A DNA stretch of 64,000 nucleotides from the NCBI RefSeq assembly GCF_000743705.1, contig NZ_JQEZ01000002.1:490862-554861 (forward strand). The letters are read 5' to 3'. Below are positions 28,018 to 36,676 of this stretch, piece after piece. How positions within the stretch are numbered: the first letter of the stretch is position 1; each line of letters begins with the position of its first letter. Source of the stretch: Ruegeria halocynthiae (GTDB lineage Bacteria; Pseudomonadota; Alphaproteobacteria; Rhodobacterales; Rhodobacteraceae). The notes under the pieces are model-generated. The model did not search any database. It was not told where the DNA came from and saw nothing but the letters and a program-made list of their open reading frames with translations. A program made the position numbers and the translations under genes.

Positions 28018-28284
28018 CCTTGTTTCCGGGGGGCTGGAAATTAACAAAAAAGGGGGCGCTGCCCCCGTCGCGGCAAGCCGCGCCTCCCCCGGGATACTTT
28101 TAGCCAGATGAAGAGGCCGCCCCTTGTTCATCTGGCCTTAAATATCCCGGAGCGCGAGGCAGAGCCTCGCTAAATGCCAATCCGCCAAAAACCCCTTTCC
28201 AATCTTGATGAATCAAGCTAAGGACGCGGCTTCACGCGGGTATACAGCCTTGGAGGATGCCCGCCCTAACATTGGAGATATATC

Positions 28285-28932
28285 ATGGCTGGTGAGATTC
28301 CTGATCTCGTAGCTCTGGAACGGACGGGGACAGGCAAGGGCGCCGCTCGTAAAGCACGCCGCGAAGGCATGGTTCCGGGCGTTGTATTTGGCGGCGACAA
28401 AGACCCGCTGGCAATCCAGATCCCGTTCAACGAACTGTTCAAGCGCCTGAAAGCGGGCCGGTTCAAGTCGACCCTGTGGAACCTGAAGGTTGAAGGCCAG
28501 GAAGACGTTCGCGTCATCTGCCGCGACGTTCAGCGTGACGTCGTCAAAGACCTGCCGACCCACCTGGACCTGATGCGCCTGCGTCGGACCACCAAGATCG
28601 CGCTGTTCATTCCGGTTGAATTCATCAACGAGGAAGAAGCACCCGGCATCAAGAAGGGCGGCGTTCTGACCGTTGTCCGCCCTGAAGTTGAGCTGGTCTG
28701 CACCGCTGGTGACATCCCGGACAAGATCATCGTTGATCTGGCTGGCATGAACATCAACGATGTTGCCACCATCTCGTCTGTTGATCTGCCGACCGGCACC
28801 ACGCCGACCATCGACCGTGATTTCGTGATCGCCAACATCTCGGCACCGACCGGTCTGGCGACCAGCGACGACGACGAAGAGGCCGAAGTGGCCGCCGACG
28901 AAGTCGAAGTCGTAGGCCAGGAAGAAGAGTAA
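28285..28932 (+). CDS. rplY: 50S ribosomal protein L25 / general stress protein Ctc
   Basis: [24 protein letters not shown] start and acidic C-terminal tail. Confidence 0.9.
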   Translation: MAGEIPDLVALERTGTGKGAARKARREGMVPGVVFGGDKDPLAIQIPFNELFKRLKAGRFKSTLWNLKVEGQEDVRVICRDVQRDVVKDLPTHLDLMRLRRTTKIALFIPVEFINEEEAPGIKKGGVLTVVRPEVELVCTAGDIPDKIIVDLAGMNINDVATISSVDLPTGTTPTIDRDFVIANISAPTGLATSDDDEEAEVAADEVEVVGQEEE

Positions 28933-29071
28933 ATTCGGACCTAACGATCCGATTTTTGAAACGGGGCCTCTTGAGGTCCCGTTTTTCTTTTGGCGCGACC
29001 GGGCTGGAACACCGGCGGCATTCCGTGCGATCAACCAGATGCCAATTCCACCTCTGCATAAGGACAAGTCA

Positions 29072-29752
29072 ATGAAACTGTTTGTCGGCTTGGGAAACCC
29101 AGGATCAAAATATGCCCGCAACCGGCACAACATCGGTTTTATGGCCGTTGATCGGATCGCCGAAGATCACGGGTTCGGCCCCTGGAAATCCAAGTTTCAG
29201 GCCGGCATCGCCGAAGGTCGTCTGGGGCGCGAAAAGGTTCTGCTGCTGAAACCCCAAACCTTCATGAACCGCTCAGGCCAAGCCGTAGGAGAGGCGATGC
29301 GGTTTTACAAACTGGAATCTACCGATGTGACCATATTCCATGACGAGCTGGACCTTGCCCCCGGCAAAGTGCGCGTCAAGGCGGGCGGAGGTCACGCAGG
29401 CCACAACGGCCTGCGGTCAATTCATGAACACATCAGCCCCGCGTATGACCGGGTGCGTCTGGGGATCGGACATCCGGGCCGGAAAGAAATGGTTTCGCCT
29501 TATGTTCTGGGGGATTTTGCGAAAGCCGATGCTCAATGGCTGGATGATGTCCTGCGCGGCGTGTCAGAGGGCGCGGGCCATCTGGCCGATGGGGACGGCG
29601 GCAAGTTCATGAACGCGGTCGCCTTGCGTGCAGCGCCGCCCAGATCATCGAAAACCTTGGCAGAAAAGCCAAAGGCTGCGCCCAATCCCACGCCGGTACC
29701 ACAGCAAGACGATCGCTCGGCCATGCAAAAGCTGTTGGACAAGTTCAAGTAG
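29072..29752 (+). CDS. pth: Peptidyl-tRNA hydrolase, with a ~40-aa Pro/Ala/Lys-rich C-terminal extension
   Basis: MKLFVGLGNPGSKYARNRHNIGF and HDELDL motifs. Immediately downstream of rplY. Confidence 0.85.
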   Translation: MKLFVGLGNPGSKYARNRHNIGFMAVDRIAEDHGFGPWKSKFQAGIAEGRLGREKVLLLKPQTFMNRSGQAVGEAMRFYKLESTDVTIFHDELDLAPGKVRVKAGGGHAGHNGLRSIHEHISPAYDRVRLGIGHPGRKEMVSPYVLGDFAKADAQWLDDVLRGVSEGAGHLADGDGGKFMNAVALRAAPPRSSKTLAEKPKAAPNPTPVPQQDDRSAMQKLLDKFK

Positions 29753-29835
29753 AACCCTCGAATGTTTCCGTAACGTCCCAATTGCGGAATGAACCTGTTC
29801 GCGGTCCAATACGATACGAAAATAGGAGGCGACGT

Positions 29836-30999
29836 ATGAGAACCGTTGTGAAATGGGTGCTGCGCATCTTGCTGATGCTGGTGCTGGCCGCTGTGGTTGT
29901 TGGTATCTGGAAGCGCGAAGAGATACAGCGCCTGATGGCGGTGAATTCCTTGTTTTCAGAAGATAAAATCGTTCACAACTTCTCTCATATGAATGAGGCG
30001 TTCAATACGATCGACCTGCCGCGTGGGGACGGGCCAACCTGGGAGCTGCCCTATGGACCCGGCTTTGACCTGCCTCAGGGGACCGACACCTGGATCGAAG
30101 ATCGTGCAGTAACCTCACTGCTGGTGATGCAGGATGGGCAAATCCGGTTCGAGGAATATTATCTGGGCACCGCCCCCGAAGATCGTCGGATCTCGTGGTC
30201 GGTTGCCAAAAGCTATCTCTCGGCCCTGTTCGGCATTCTGCTGGCCGAAGGCGCAATCGAGTCGCTGGATGATCCGGTGGTGAAATACGCGCCAAAACTG
30301 GAAGGTTCGGCCTATGATGGCGCGACCATCCGCAATGTCCTGAACATGGCCAGCGGTGTTACCTTCGACGAAGATTATCTGGACTACGATTCGGATATCA
30401 ACCGGATGGGGCGTGTCCTCGCCCTGGGCGGAGAGATGGACGATTTCGCAGCCTCGCTACAGGACAGTTTCGCCACGCCGGGCGAAACCTGGCAGTATGT
30501 CTCGATCGACACCCATGTGATCGGAATGGTTGTCCGGGGTGCGACCGGCCGCAGTATTTCCGAATTGCTGACCGAACGGATCGTCCAGCCGCTGGGGCTG
30601 GAGCGGGACGGGTATTATGTGACCGACGGCGTAGGCGTTGCATTTGTACTGGGCGGACTGAATTTCACCACCCGCGACTATGCCCGGTTTGGACAGATGA
30701 TCCTGCAAAATGGCGCGCATAACGGGCAGCAACTTGTTCCGGCGGATTGGATAGCAGAATCCGTTTTTCCCAGTGCGCCCACTGCGTCCGGGGAAATCGG
30801 GTACGGGTATCAATGGTGGATTCCCCTCGGCGCGCATGAGGGTGAATTTCTGGCCCGCGGCGTGTATGGTCAGTACATCTATTTCGACCAGCCGCGCGGT
30901 GTGTTGATCGTTTCGACTGGCGCAGATCGCAACTTCCGCGATCCGGGCGTGAATGAGGTGAACATAGAAATGTTCCGCACCATTGCCCAAAGCCTGTAG
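29836..30999 (+). CDS. Serine hydrolase, beta-lactamase/PBP (class C-like) family, with an N-terminal membrane anchor
   Basis: S-x-x-K motif (SVAKS), TM helix LRILLMLVLAAVVVGIW, AGGAGG RBS before the ATG at 29836. Confidence 0.75.
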   Translation: MRTVVKWVLRILLMLVLAAVVVGIWKREEIQRLMAVNSLFSEDKIVHNFSHMNEAFNTIDLPRGDGPTWELPYGPGFDLPQGTDTWIEDRAVTSLLVMQDGQIRFEEYYLGTAPEDRRISWSVAKSYLSALFGILLAEGAIESLDDPVVKYAPKLEGSAYDGATIRNVLNMASGVTFDEDYLDYDSDINRMGRVLALGGEMDDFAASLQDSFATPGETWQYVSIDTHVIGMVVRGATGRSISELLTERIVQPLGLERDGYYVTDGVGVAFVLGGLNFTTRDYARFGQMILQNGAHNGQQLVPADWIAESVFPSAPTASGEIGYGYQWWIPLGAHEGEFLARGVYGQYIYFDQPRGVLIVSTGADRNFRDPGVNEVNIEMFRTIAQSL

Positions 31000-31008
31000 G
31001 GTGTACCC

Positions 31009-31383
31009 ATGGAAAAACAGGACAGCATAAACGTGCTTGGAGGTGTTCTCGCGTCGTGCTCGCGTGATCCGCTGACTGGCTTCTTTCGGGATGGGGCGTG
31101 CAATACCTGCCCCGAGGATCAGGGCAGTCACACGGTTTGCGTGGTGATGACGGCTGAATTTCTGGCGTTTTCCAAATACGTTGGAAATGACCTCAGCACT
31201 CCGCACCCGGAATTCAACTTTCCCGGCCTCAAACCTGGGGACAGCTGGTGCTTGTGTGCGGCGCGCTTTCTTCAGGCCCATGACGAAGGCTGCGCGCCCA
31301 AGGTTCACCTGGAGGCGACGCATCAGCGGGCGCTGGAGGTGGTGCCTCTGCGCCTTTTGAAAGAATACGCCCTACTGAATTGA
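31009..31383 (+). CDS. DUF2237 family protein
   Basis: LTGFFRDGACNTCPEDQGSHTVCVVMTAEFLAFS...GNDLSTPHPEFNFPGLKPGDSWCLCAARF matches the conserved Cys-rich DUF2237 pattern. Confidence 0.7.
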   Translation: MEKQDSINVLGGVLASCSRDPLTGFFRDGACNTCPEDQGSHTVCVVMTAEFLAFSKYVGNDLSTPHPEFNFPGLKPGDSWCLCAARFLQAHDEGCAPKVHLEATHQRALEVVPLRLLKEYALLN

Positions 31384-31427
31384 GTGGACCGGCCCGGGAG
31401 TTACCCCGGACCGGCCCTTATTCGGGA

Positions 31428-32573
31428 TCAATCCCGCAGTTTGACCAGATCGGACATCAGCCCTTCGGTCCCGTTGTGGACCGTCAGCCGCTCGACCTTG
31501 CCAGCGATGGTTTCCAGCGCCTCAAGCTCTTTCAACCGCAACATCACCGGGTTTTCCGCCATCACCTTTGCGGTGTTCAGCAGAGACCGCGTGGCGTTGG
31601 TTTCTTCCCGCCGCCGGATGACGTTGGCCTCGGCCTGTTTTTCGGCGGCGACCACAGCGGTCAGGATTTCCCGCATCTCGCCGGGCAGGATGACGTCTTT
31701 CAACGCGATCTCACCCACCTCGATGCCGATCCCGGCCATCTGTGTCCGCACCCGATCTGCGGCCTCGGTGTCGACGTTGACTTTCTCGGCCAGCAGCCGG
31801 TCCAGTGTCATCGCGCCAAGGGTTTTCCGGAACGCCAATTGCAGCGCCCGGTGCAGGGCCTGATCGAAATCCTTGACCGCCCCCACCGCCTTGACCGGAT
31901 CAACAATCCGGTAGTCAGCGCTGAGGTTGACCCGGATGGTCACCCGATCCTTGGTCAGAATCTCTTGACCCGTCACCTCATGGGTGCGTTGCCGCAGGTC
32001 GATCTGCTTGACCTCGACGTTGCGGCCCACTTTCCAGAAGGCGTGCGCGCCAGGGGACAGCTGATCCACCAGCACACCGTCAACCGTCAGCAGACCAGTA
32101 TGCCCTTCGGGCACCTCAACCTGCATCAGATGTGCCCGCAACCCGGCCCGAACCAGCCGTTGTGCCACCGGCTTCGGTACCGTCATGGACACGGTCAACG
32201 CGTGCCGTTCGACGTCCCACGGGCCAGCGTCTTTCCAGACCAACACCCGTGCTTCGGGGTTAAGAACCCGAACGGGCCGCCCATCCCGCAGAACAACCAG
32301 AACCTCTTCGGGCCCGGCCCGGAATTCGACCAGATGCGCAGCCGCCAGTTCAGGCCGGTTTTGCATCAGCGCCCGTTCATAGCGCGACACGAAAAAGAGA
32401 GCTTCCAGATCGTGCATCTCGGTCAGGACATCCTTGCGCGGCAACCGGTGTTTCCCGGCCCCCAGGATGGTGCTGAACACCCCTTTGCGCAGAACCAGCA
32501 TCCGCTGGGTTTCGGTCAGGGTCAGCCGGTGATAACCGGTCAGCCGGTCGATCAGATCTTGGAACAGTGTCAT
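31428..32573 (-). CDS. SPFH/band-7 (stomatin-like) domain protein with a ~150-aa N-terminal extension and no TM segment
   Basis: C-terminal SPFH core (EVPEGHTGLLTVDGVLVDQLSPGAHAFWKVGRNVEVKQIDLRQRTHEVTGQEILTKDRVTIRVNLSADYRIVDP) plus a coiled-coil tail. N-terminus lacks hydrophobic helices. Confidence 0.75.
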   Translation of the reverse strand: MTLFQDLIDRLTGYHRLTLTETQRMLVLRKGVFSTILGAGKHRLPRKDVLTEMHDLEALFFVSRYERALMQNRPELAAAHLVEFRAGPEEVLVVLRDGRPVRVLNPEARVLVWKDAGPWDVERHALTVSMTVPKPVAQRLVRAGLRAHLMQVEVPEGHTGLLTVDGVLVDQLSPGAHAFWKVGRNVEVKQIDLRQRTHEVTGQEILTKDRVTIRVNLSADYRIVDPVKAVGAVKDFDQALHRALQLAFRKTLGAMTLDRLLAEKVNVDTEAADRVRTQMAGIGIEVGEIALKDVILPGEMREILTAVVAAEKQAEANVIRRREETNATRSLLNTAKVMAENPVMLRLKELEALETIAGKVERLTVHNGTEGLMSDLVKLRD

Positions 32574-32975
32574 TTCATATCTCCTTTTCGTCTCGCTCTA
32601 TCGTCGTCGCAAAAGCGAACTCCTTTTCATGTTTTCAGTGGGTTGCACCCCAAGCGGGTGGCAGGTGTGACGCCTTCTGCCGAAGGCAGGAAAGACCCGG
32701 GCGTCCCCCGCGCCATGCCCCTGCGCGGGACGGTCAGAGAGAGGGGCGCGGGACAGATGCGCCGCGTGATCCTTAGGGATCATACGGGGCACCGATCCGG
32801 CGGTACCATCATCCACCCCCCGGCCCAAGGCCAGAGCAGCGAAGGCCCCTGCCCCGCACGGGCAAGCCCGGCGGCGCGCGCGGCACCCACCCTGCTGGGG
32901 AACGCCCGGACCCATATGGTTTGGACCGCTTGCGCGGGCCGGCGTGGAAGGCCGGTGCTGACCGAACAGCGTTTG

Positions 32976-33049
32976 TTCAAATGACGGGAGTCGAACCCGT
33001 TACCCATCGATTCGCAGTCGATTGCTCTACCAGAATGAGCTACATTTGG
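32976..33049 (-). tRNA. tRNA-like gene 1 (cloverleaf with anticodon loop CUGCGAA, anticodon GCG; C1:A72 mismatch, no encoded CCA)
   Basis: Minus-strand fold: D-arm GCTC-ATTCTGGTA-GAGC, anticodon stem ATCGA/TCGAT, T-arm ACGGG-TTCGACT-CCCGT, acceptor CCAAATG/CATTTGA with a first-pair mismatch. Confidence 0.5.
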
Positions 33050-33121
33050 AGCTTTGGAAGGGGTCGAACCTTCGCCTACAGATGGGAAATCTGCCGCTCT
33101 ATCCAACTGAGCTACAAAGCA
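33050..33121 (-). tRNA. tRNA-like gene 2 (anticodon loop UUUCCCA, nominal UCC/Gly with C37; T1:T72 mismatch), directly abutting tRNA-like gene 1
   Basis: Minus-strand fold: D-arm GCTC-AGTTGGATA-GAGC, anticodon stem GCAGA/TCTGT (G.U), T-arm GAAGG-TTCGACC-CCTTC, acceptor TGCTTTG/CAAAGCT. Its discriminator position coincides with nt 1 of gene 1. Confidence 0.5.
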
Positions 33122-33343
33122 TGTACCAATCCCCGGTTTCGGCCCTGGCATACGGAATCGGCAGCGCCGCCCGCACCGGGAGAGTGATCACCTCTGCCCG
33201 CTAGGGTCCGGCCCGTCGTGACCGGTAACGGCGTGTTTAGGCGAAAGGTCTGGATTCGCTCAATAATTATTTCACGGCCCGAATTTCACCTGTGCCCTAC
33301 GCGCAACAAAATTACCCATCCACGCAATATTCGAAAAATCTGA

Positions 33344-33385
33344 CATCAAAACACAAAGCGGCGCACCCGTTGGGGGTGCGCCGCT
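33344..33385 (-). terminator. Rho-independent terminator downstream of trpB
   Basis: Stem GCGGCGCACCC-GTTG-GGGTGCGCCGC followed on the minus strand by TTTGTGTTTTG. Confidence 0.5.
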
Positions 33386-33416
33386 CTTGCCGAAAATTAC
33401 AAATTTTACCGGATGA

Positions 33417-34676
33417 TCAATCGGTGCTGCGGCCTTCGGTATCGGACATGTCAAAGTTCAGGTACTTGGCCACAGTCTGCACGTCCTTGTCACCGCGTCC
33501 GCACATGTTCATGCAGATCAGGTGATCTGCGGGCAGATCGGGCGCGATCTTCATCACATGGGCCAGCGCGTGGCTCGGCTCCAACGCGGGAATGATGCCT
33601 TCGGTGGCGCAGCACAGCTGGAACGCCTCCAGCGCTTCCTTGTCGGTGATCGAGACATATTGCGCACGGCCGATATCGTGCAGCCACGAATGTTCAGGCC
33701 CGATGCCCGGATAGTCCAGACCGGCCGAGATCGAATAGCCTTCCAAAATCTGCCCGTCGTCATCCTGCAGCAGATAGGTGCGGTTGCCATGCAGCACACC
33801 CGGGCGCCCACCAGTCAGCGAGGCGCAGTGCTCCATTTTTTCGTTCACGCCTTTACCACCGGCTTCGACACCAATGATGTTGACCGATTTATCGTCAAGA
33901 AACGGGTAGAACAGGCCCATCGCGTTCGAGCCACCACCGATGGCAGCGATCAGCGTGTCAGGCAGGCGTCCTTCAGCCTTGTGCATCTGTTCCTTGGCTT
34001 CCTTGCCGATGATCGACTGGAAATCACGGACCATCGCCGGATAAGGGTGCGGACCAGCCACAGTCCCGATGCAATAGAACGTGTCGCGCACATTGGTCAC
34101 CCAGTCACGCAGCGCGTCGTTCATCGCGTCTTTCAACGTGCCTCGGCCGCTCGTCACCGGGATCACCTCGGCCCCCAGCAGGCGCATACGGAACACGTTC
34201 GGGGCCTGACGCTGCACGTCGTGCGCGCCCATGTAGACCACACATTTCAGACCGAACTTGGCGCAGACAGTGGCCGTGGCCACGCCGTGCTGCCCTGCCC
34301 CGGTTTCCGCGATGATCCGGGTCTTGCCCATGCGCCGCGCCAGAATGATCTGGCCCAGCACGTTGTTGATCTTGTGTGCGCCGGTGTGGTTCAGCTCATC
34401 ACGCTTCAGATAGATTTTCGCACCGCCCAAATGCTCGGTCAGACGTTGCGCATAATACAGCGGCGAAGGGCGGCCCACATAGTTCGTCCACAGGTCATCC
34501 ATCTCGGCCCAGAAGGTGGGGTCATCCTTGGCCTTTTCATATTCCTCTTCCAGCGCCAGGATCAGGGGCATCAGCGTTTCGCTGACGAACCGTCCGCCGA
34601 AAATGCCAAAGCGGCCCTGCTCGTCGGGGCCGGACATGAAGGAATTGAAAAGATCGTTGGCCATGGGTGTCTCCAT
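33417..34676 (-). CDS. trpB: Tryptophan synthase beta subunit
   Basis: PLP motif HTGAHKINN and GGGSNA, full-length TrpB colinearity. Confidence 0.9.
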   Translation of the reverse strand: METPMANDLFNSFMSGPDEQGRFGIFGGRFVSETLMPLILALEEEYEKAKDDPTFWAEMDDLWTNYVGRPSPLYYAQRLTEHLGGAKIYLKRDELNHTGAHKINNVLGQIILARRMGKTRIIAETGAGQHGVATATVCAKFGLKCVVYMGAHDVQRQAPNVFRMRLLGAEVIPVTSGRGTLKDAMNDALRDWVTNVRDTFYCIGTVAGPHPYPAMVRDFQSIIGKEAKEQMHKAEGRLPDTLIAAIGGGSNAMGLFYPFLDDKSVNIIGVEAGGKGVNEKMEHCASLTGGRPGVLHGNRTYLLQDDDGQILEGYSISAGLDYPGIGPEHSWLHDIGRAQYVSITDKEALEAFQLCCATEGIIPALEPSHALAHVMKIAPDLPADHLICMNMCGRGDKDVQTVAKYLNFDMSDTEGRSTD

Positions 34677-34732
34677 CGTCGTATCCGCTGTTCATAGGCG
34701 GTGGCGGCGAGATTTGCCATGGGCAAAACGCA

Positions 34733-35068
34733 TCATTCTGCCGCTTGCCCTTGCTGTGCCCAGACCTGCAACGCCTGATCCCGGCTTGGCACGGCAATGC
34801 AGGGGAAATGATAGAACGTATTCACATCCGCCAACCGTGCGGCCGCCTGCACAACCTGCCGGTGGGGGCCGGATTGGGCAAACGTCAGCATTGCCTCGGC
34901 ATCGTGCCAGACGCTGAGTGAGAAATAGAGCCCGCGATGCGGAAACATGCCCGCGTGAAGACAGAGCGGATCCCCGCGCGCCTGCCGCAATGCCTGAGAC
35001 GCGCGCCAGAAGAATTCTGGCGCGTAGTACCACCGTTTCAGGGAAACTCCGCCAATCGCTGCCAGCAT
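34733..35068 (-). CDS. Hypothetical protein (ABM/DUF3291-like small alpha+beta protein)
   Basis: ~111 aa (MLAAIGGVSLKRWYYAPEFFW...). Sits between trpB and trpF. Weak resemblance to antibiotic-biosynthesis-monooxygenase-like folds. Confidence 0.45.
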   Translation of the reverse strand: MLAAIGGVSLKRWYYAPEFFWRASQALRQARGDPLCLHAGMFPHRGLYFSLSVWHDAEAMLTFAQSGPHRQVVQAAARLADVNTFYHFPCIAVPSRDQALQVWAQQGQAAE

Positions 35069-35113
35069 GAACGCACCCTCTTTACGGGGGTACGTGGTCA
35101 CAAGGCAATCAGA

Positions 35114-35755
35114 TCACTGGGCTGCGTCGATAAAAGACCGGATCAGGCCCGCGTCCTTGATCCCCGGCGCGCTTTCCACGCCCGAGGACACATCAACCTG
35201 ACGTGCCCCGGTCATGCGCATGGCCTCGGCAACGTTTTCGGGGGTAAGCCCACCGGCCAGCATCCATGGACGCCGCCAGTATTTACGCCCGGCCAGCAAA
35301 CGCCAGTCAAAGGACAGCCCGTTGCCCCCCGGCAATTCGGAATTGCGCGGTGGTTTGGCGTCGATCAGCAGTTGATCGGCAATCTCGGAATACAGATCAA
35401 TCGCAGCCAGATCTTCGGGTTCGGCAACGCCGATGGCTTTCATCACCGGCAGGCCGAACCGATCCCGGACCCGCGCCACACGTTCGGGCGATTCTTTTCC
35501 GTGAAGCTGCAACATATCCAGCGGGACAGAGGCCAGAATCCGATCCAGCTCCTCATCCGGGGCATTCACCGTCAACGCCACCTTGGCGATACCGGCCGGC
35601 ACCAGTTGAGCCAGTTCCGCCGCCGCTTCTATGTCCAGGTGCCGCGGGGATTTCGGGAAAAACACGAACCCCACATAGCGCGCGCCAGCGTCCACCGCAG
35701 CGCGCACATGTTCAGGGGCGGTCAGGCCGCAGATTTTGACGGATACATCGGGCAT
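35114..35755 (-). CDS. trpF: N-(5'-phosphoribosyl)anthranilate isomerase
   Basis: [12 protein letters not shown] start and C-terminal GG..PEN motif. Upstream of trpB as in alphaproteobacterial trpFB(A) operons. Confidence 0.85.
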   Translation of the reverse strand: MPDVSVKICGLTAPEHVRAAVDAGARYVGFVFFPKSPRHLDIEAAAELAQLVPAGIAKVALTVNAPDEELDRILASVPLDMLQLHGKESPERVARVRDRFGLPVMKAIGVAEPEDLAAIDLYSEIADQLLIDAKPPRNSELPGGNGLSFDWRLLAGRKYWRRPWMLAGGLTPENVAEAMRMTGARQVDVSSGVESAPGIKDAGLIRSFIDAAQ

Positions 35756-35762
35756 AGGTGCC

Positions 35763-36116
35763 TCAGCTGGCCTCGTCCAACAGCGCCAGAACTTCGTCCT
35801 GGCCTTCGTTCTGCTTTTTCTTGAGCTTCTTGACCTCACGCTCAAGCTTGCGCACTTCGCCGGTTTTGGCTGTGGCGTCGCGGCGATGCTTATGTTCGCG
35901 CAGCCATTCCCACAGGAAGCCGAGGACCAGACCCGCAACGACGCCGCCCAGTACCACAACGAACAATGGCAGCGACGTGCTGAAGTTAACGCCAAGCAGG
36001 TCGGCAATCGCATCCGGCATCAGCTTCAGCTCAACCACTTCGCGGTTGGCAAGCGAAATGGAAATAAGAGTGATCCCGAGGATCGCCAGAAAAGCATATC
36101 GAAGATAACGCATCAT
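35763..36116 (-). CDS. LapA/DUF1049 family inner-membrane protein
   Basis: Two TM helices followed by a Lys/Glu-rich coiled-coil tail ([16 protein letters not shown]). Conserved position between ihfB and trpF. Confidence 0.6.
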   Translation of the reverse strand: MMRYLRYAFLAILGITLISISLANREVVELKLMPDAIADLLGVNFSTSLPLFVVVLGGVVAGLVLGFLWEWLREHKHRRDATAKTGEVRKLEREVKKLKKKQNEGQDEVLALLDEAS

Positions 36117-36120
36117 GAGA

Positions 36121-36405
36121 TCAGGCTTTACCGTTCAAACGATCCCTAAGCAACTTGCCAGTCTTGAAAAAGGGAACACATTTTTCTTCGACCTGAACAG
36201 TCTCACCCGTTCTGGGGTTTCGACCGACACGCGCGTCGCGCTGTTTCACGGAAAAAGCGCCAAACCCGCGCAGTTCAACCCGGTCGCCGCGCGCCATGGC
36301 ATCTGTTACTTCTTCGAACACAGTATTCACAATCCGCTCGACATCACGCTGATACAGATGCGGGTTCTCGTCGGCGATTTTTTGAATCAGTTCTGAACGG
36401 ATCAT
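36121..36405 (-). CDS. ihfB: Integration host factor subunit beta
   Basis: [17 protein letters not shown]...[32 protein letters not shown]. Confidence 0.9.
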   Translation of the reverse strand: MIRSELIQKIADENPHLYQRDVERIVNTVFEEVTDAMARGDRVELRGFGAFSVKQRDARVGRNPRTGETVQVEEKCVPFFKTGKLLRDRLNGKA

Positions 36406-36611
36406 GTGCGTTACCCTCCCAGGCGACCGGTTAACCATGTCTATTATTCTGACCACTATAGGAAAAAACCCGGATCGGGGGAACGTAAACTCTGTGTGCA
36501 AAGCATTCATTTTACTGCAAAGTCGTGCGATTTTTCGCTTGTTCGCGCAATTTTCACCCCTAAAGCGTGAGCGACAGCCGGATTAACCCCAAAAATCGGA
36601 ACATGTTGATT

Positions 36612-36648
36612 CGCAACAAAAACGGCCCCACGCAGTCGCGCGGGGCCG
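36612..36648 (-). terminator. Rho-independent terminator downstream of rpsA
   Basis: Stem GGCCCCGCGCGAC...GTGGGGCC followed on the minus strand by GTTTTTGTTG. Confidence 0.55.
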
Positions 36649-36676
36649 TAAAATCGGTTTTGGCTGATGCCCGGGC

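Noticed and set aside
28018-28284. Hairpins upstream of rplY (GGGGGCGCTGCCCCC and CCAGATGAAGAGGCCGCCCCTTGTTCATCTGG), considered as a terminator or ribosomal-protein leader
   Set aside because: No flanking T-run in the correct orientation for the upstream gene, and no match to a known r-protein leader by eye. Probably generic secondary structure in the rplY promoter region.
32690-32720. RNase P RNA P4-like motif (GGCAGGAAAGACCCGGGCGTCC)
   Set aside because: It deviates at several invariant P4 positions (AGGAAAGUCCGGGCUCC), and the other universal RNase P elements (GGUAAACCCCACC, ACAGAACCCGGCUUA) are not found nearby. Kept only as part of the generic non-coding-region finding.
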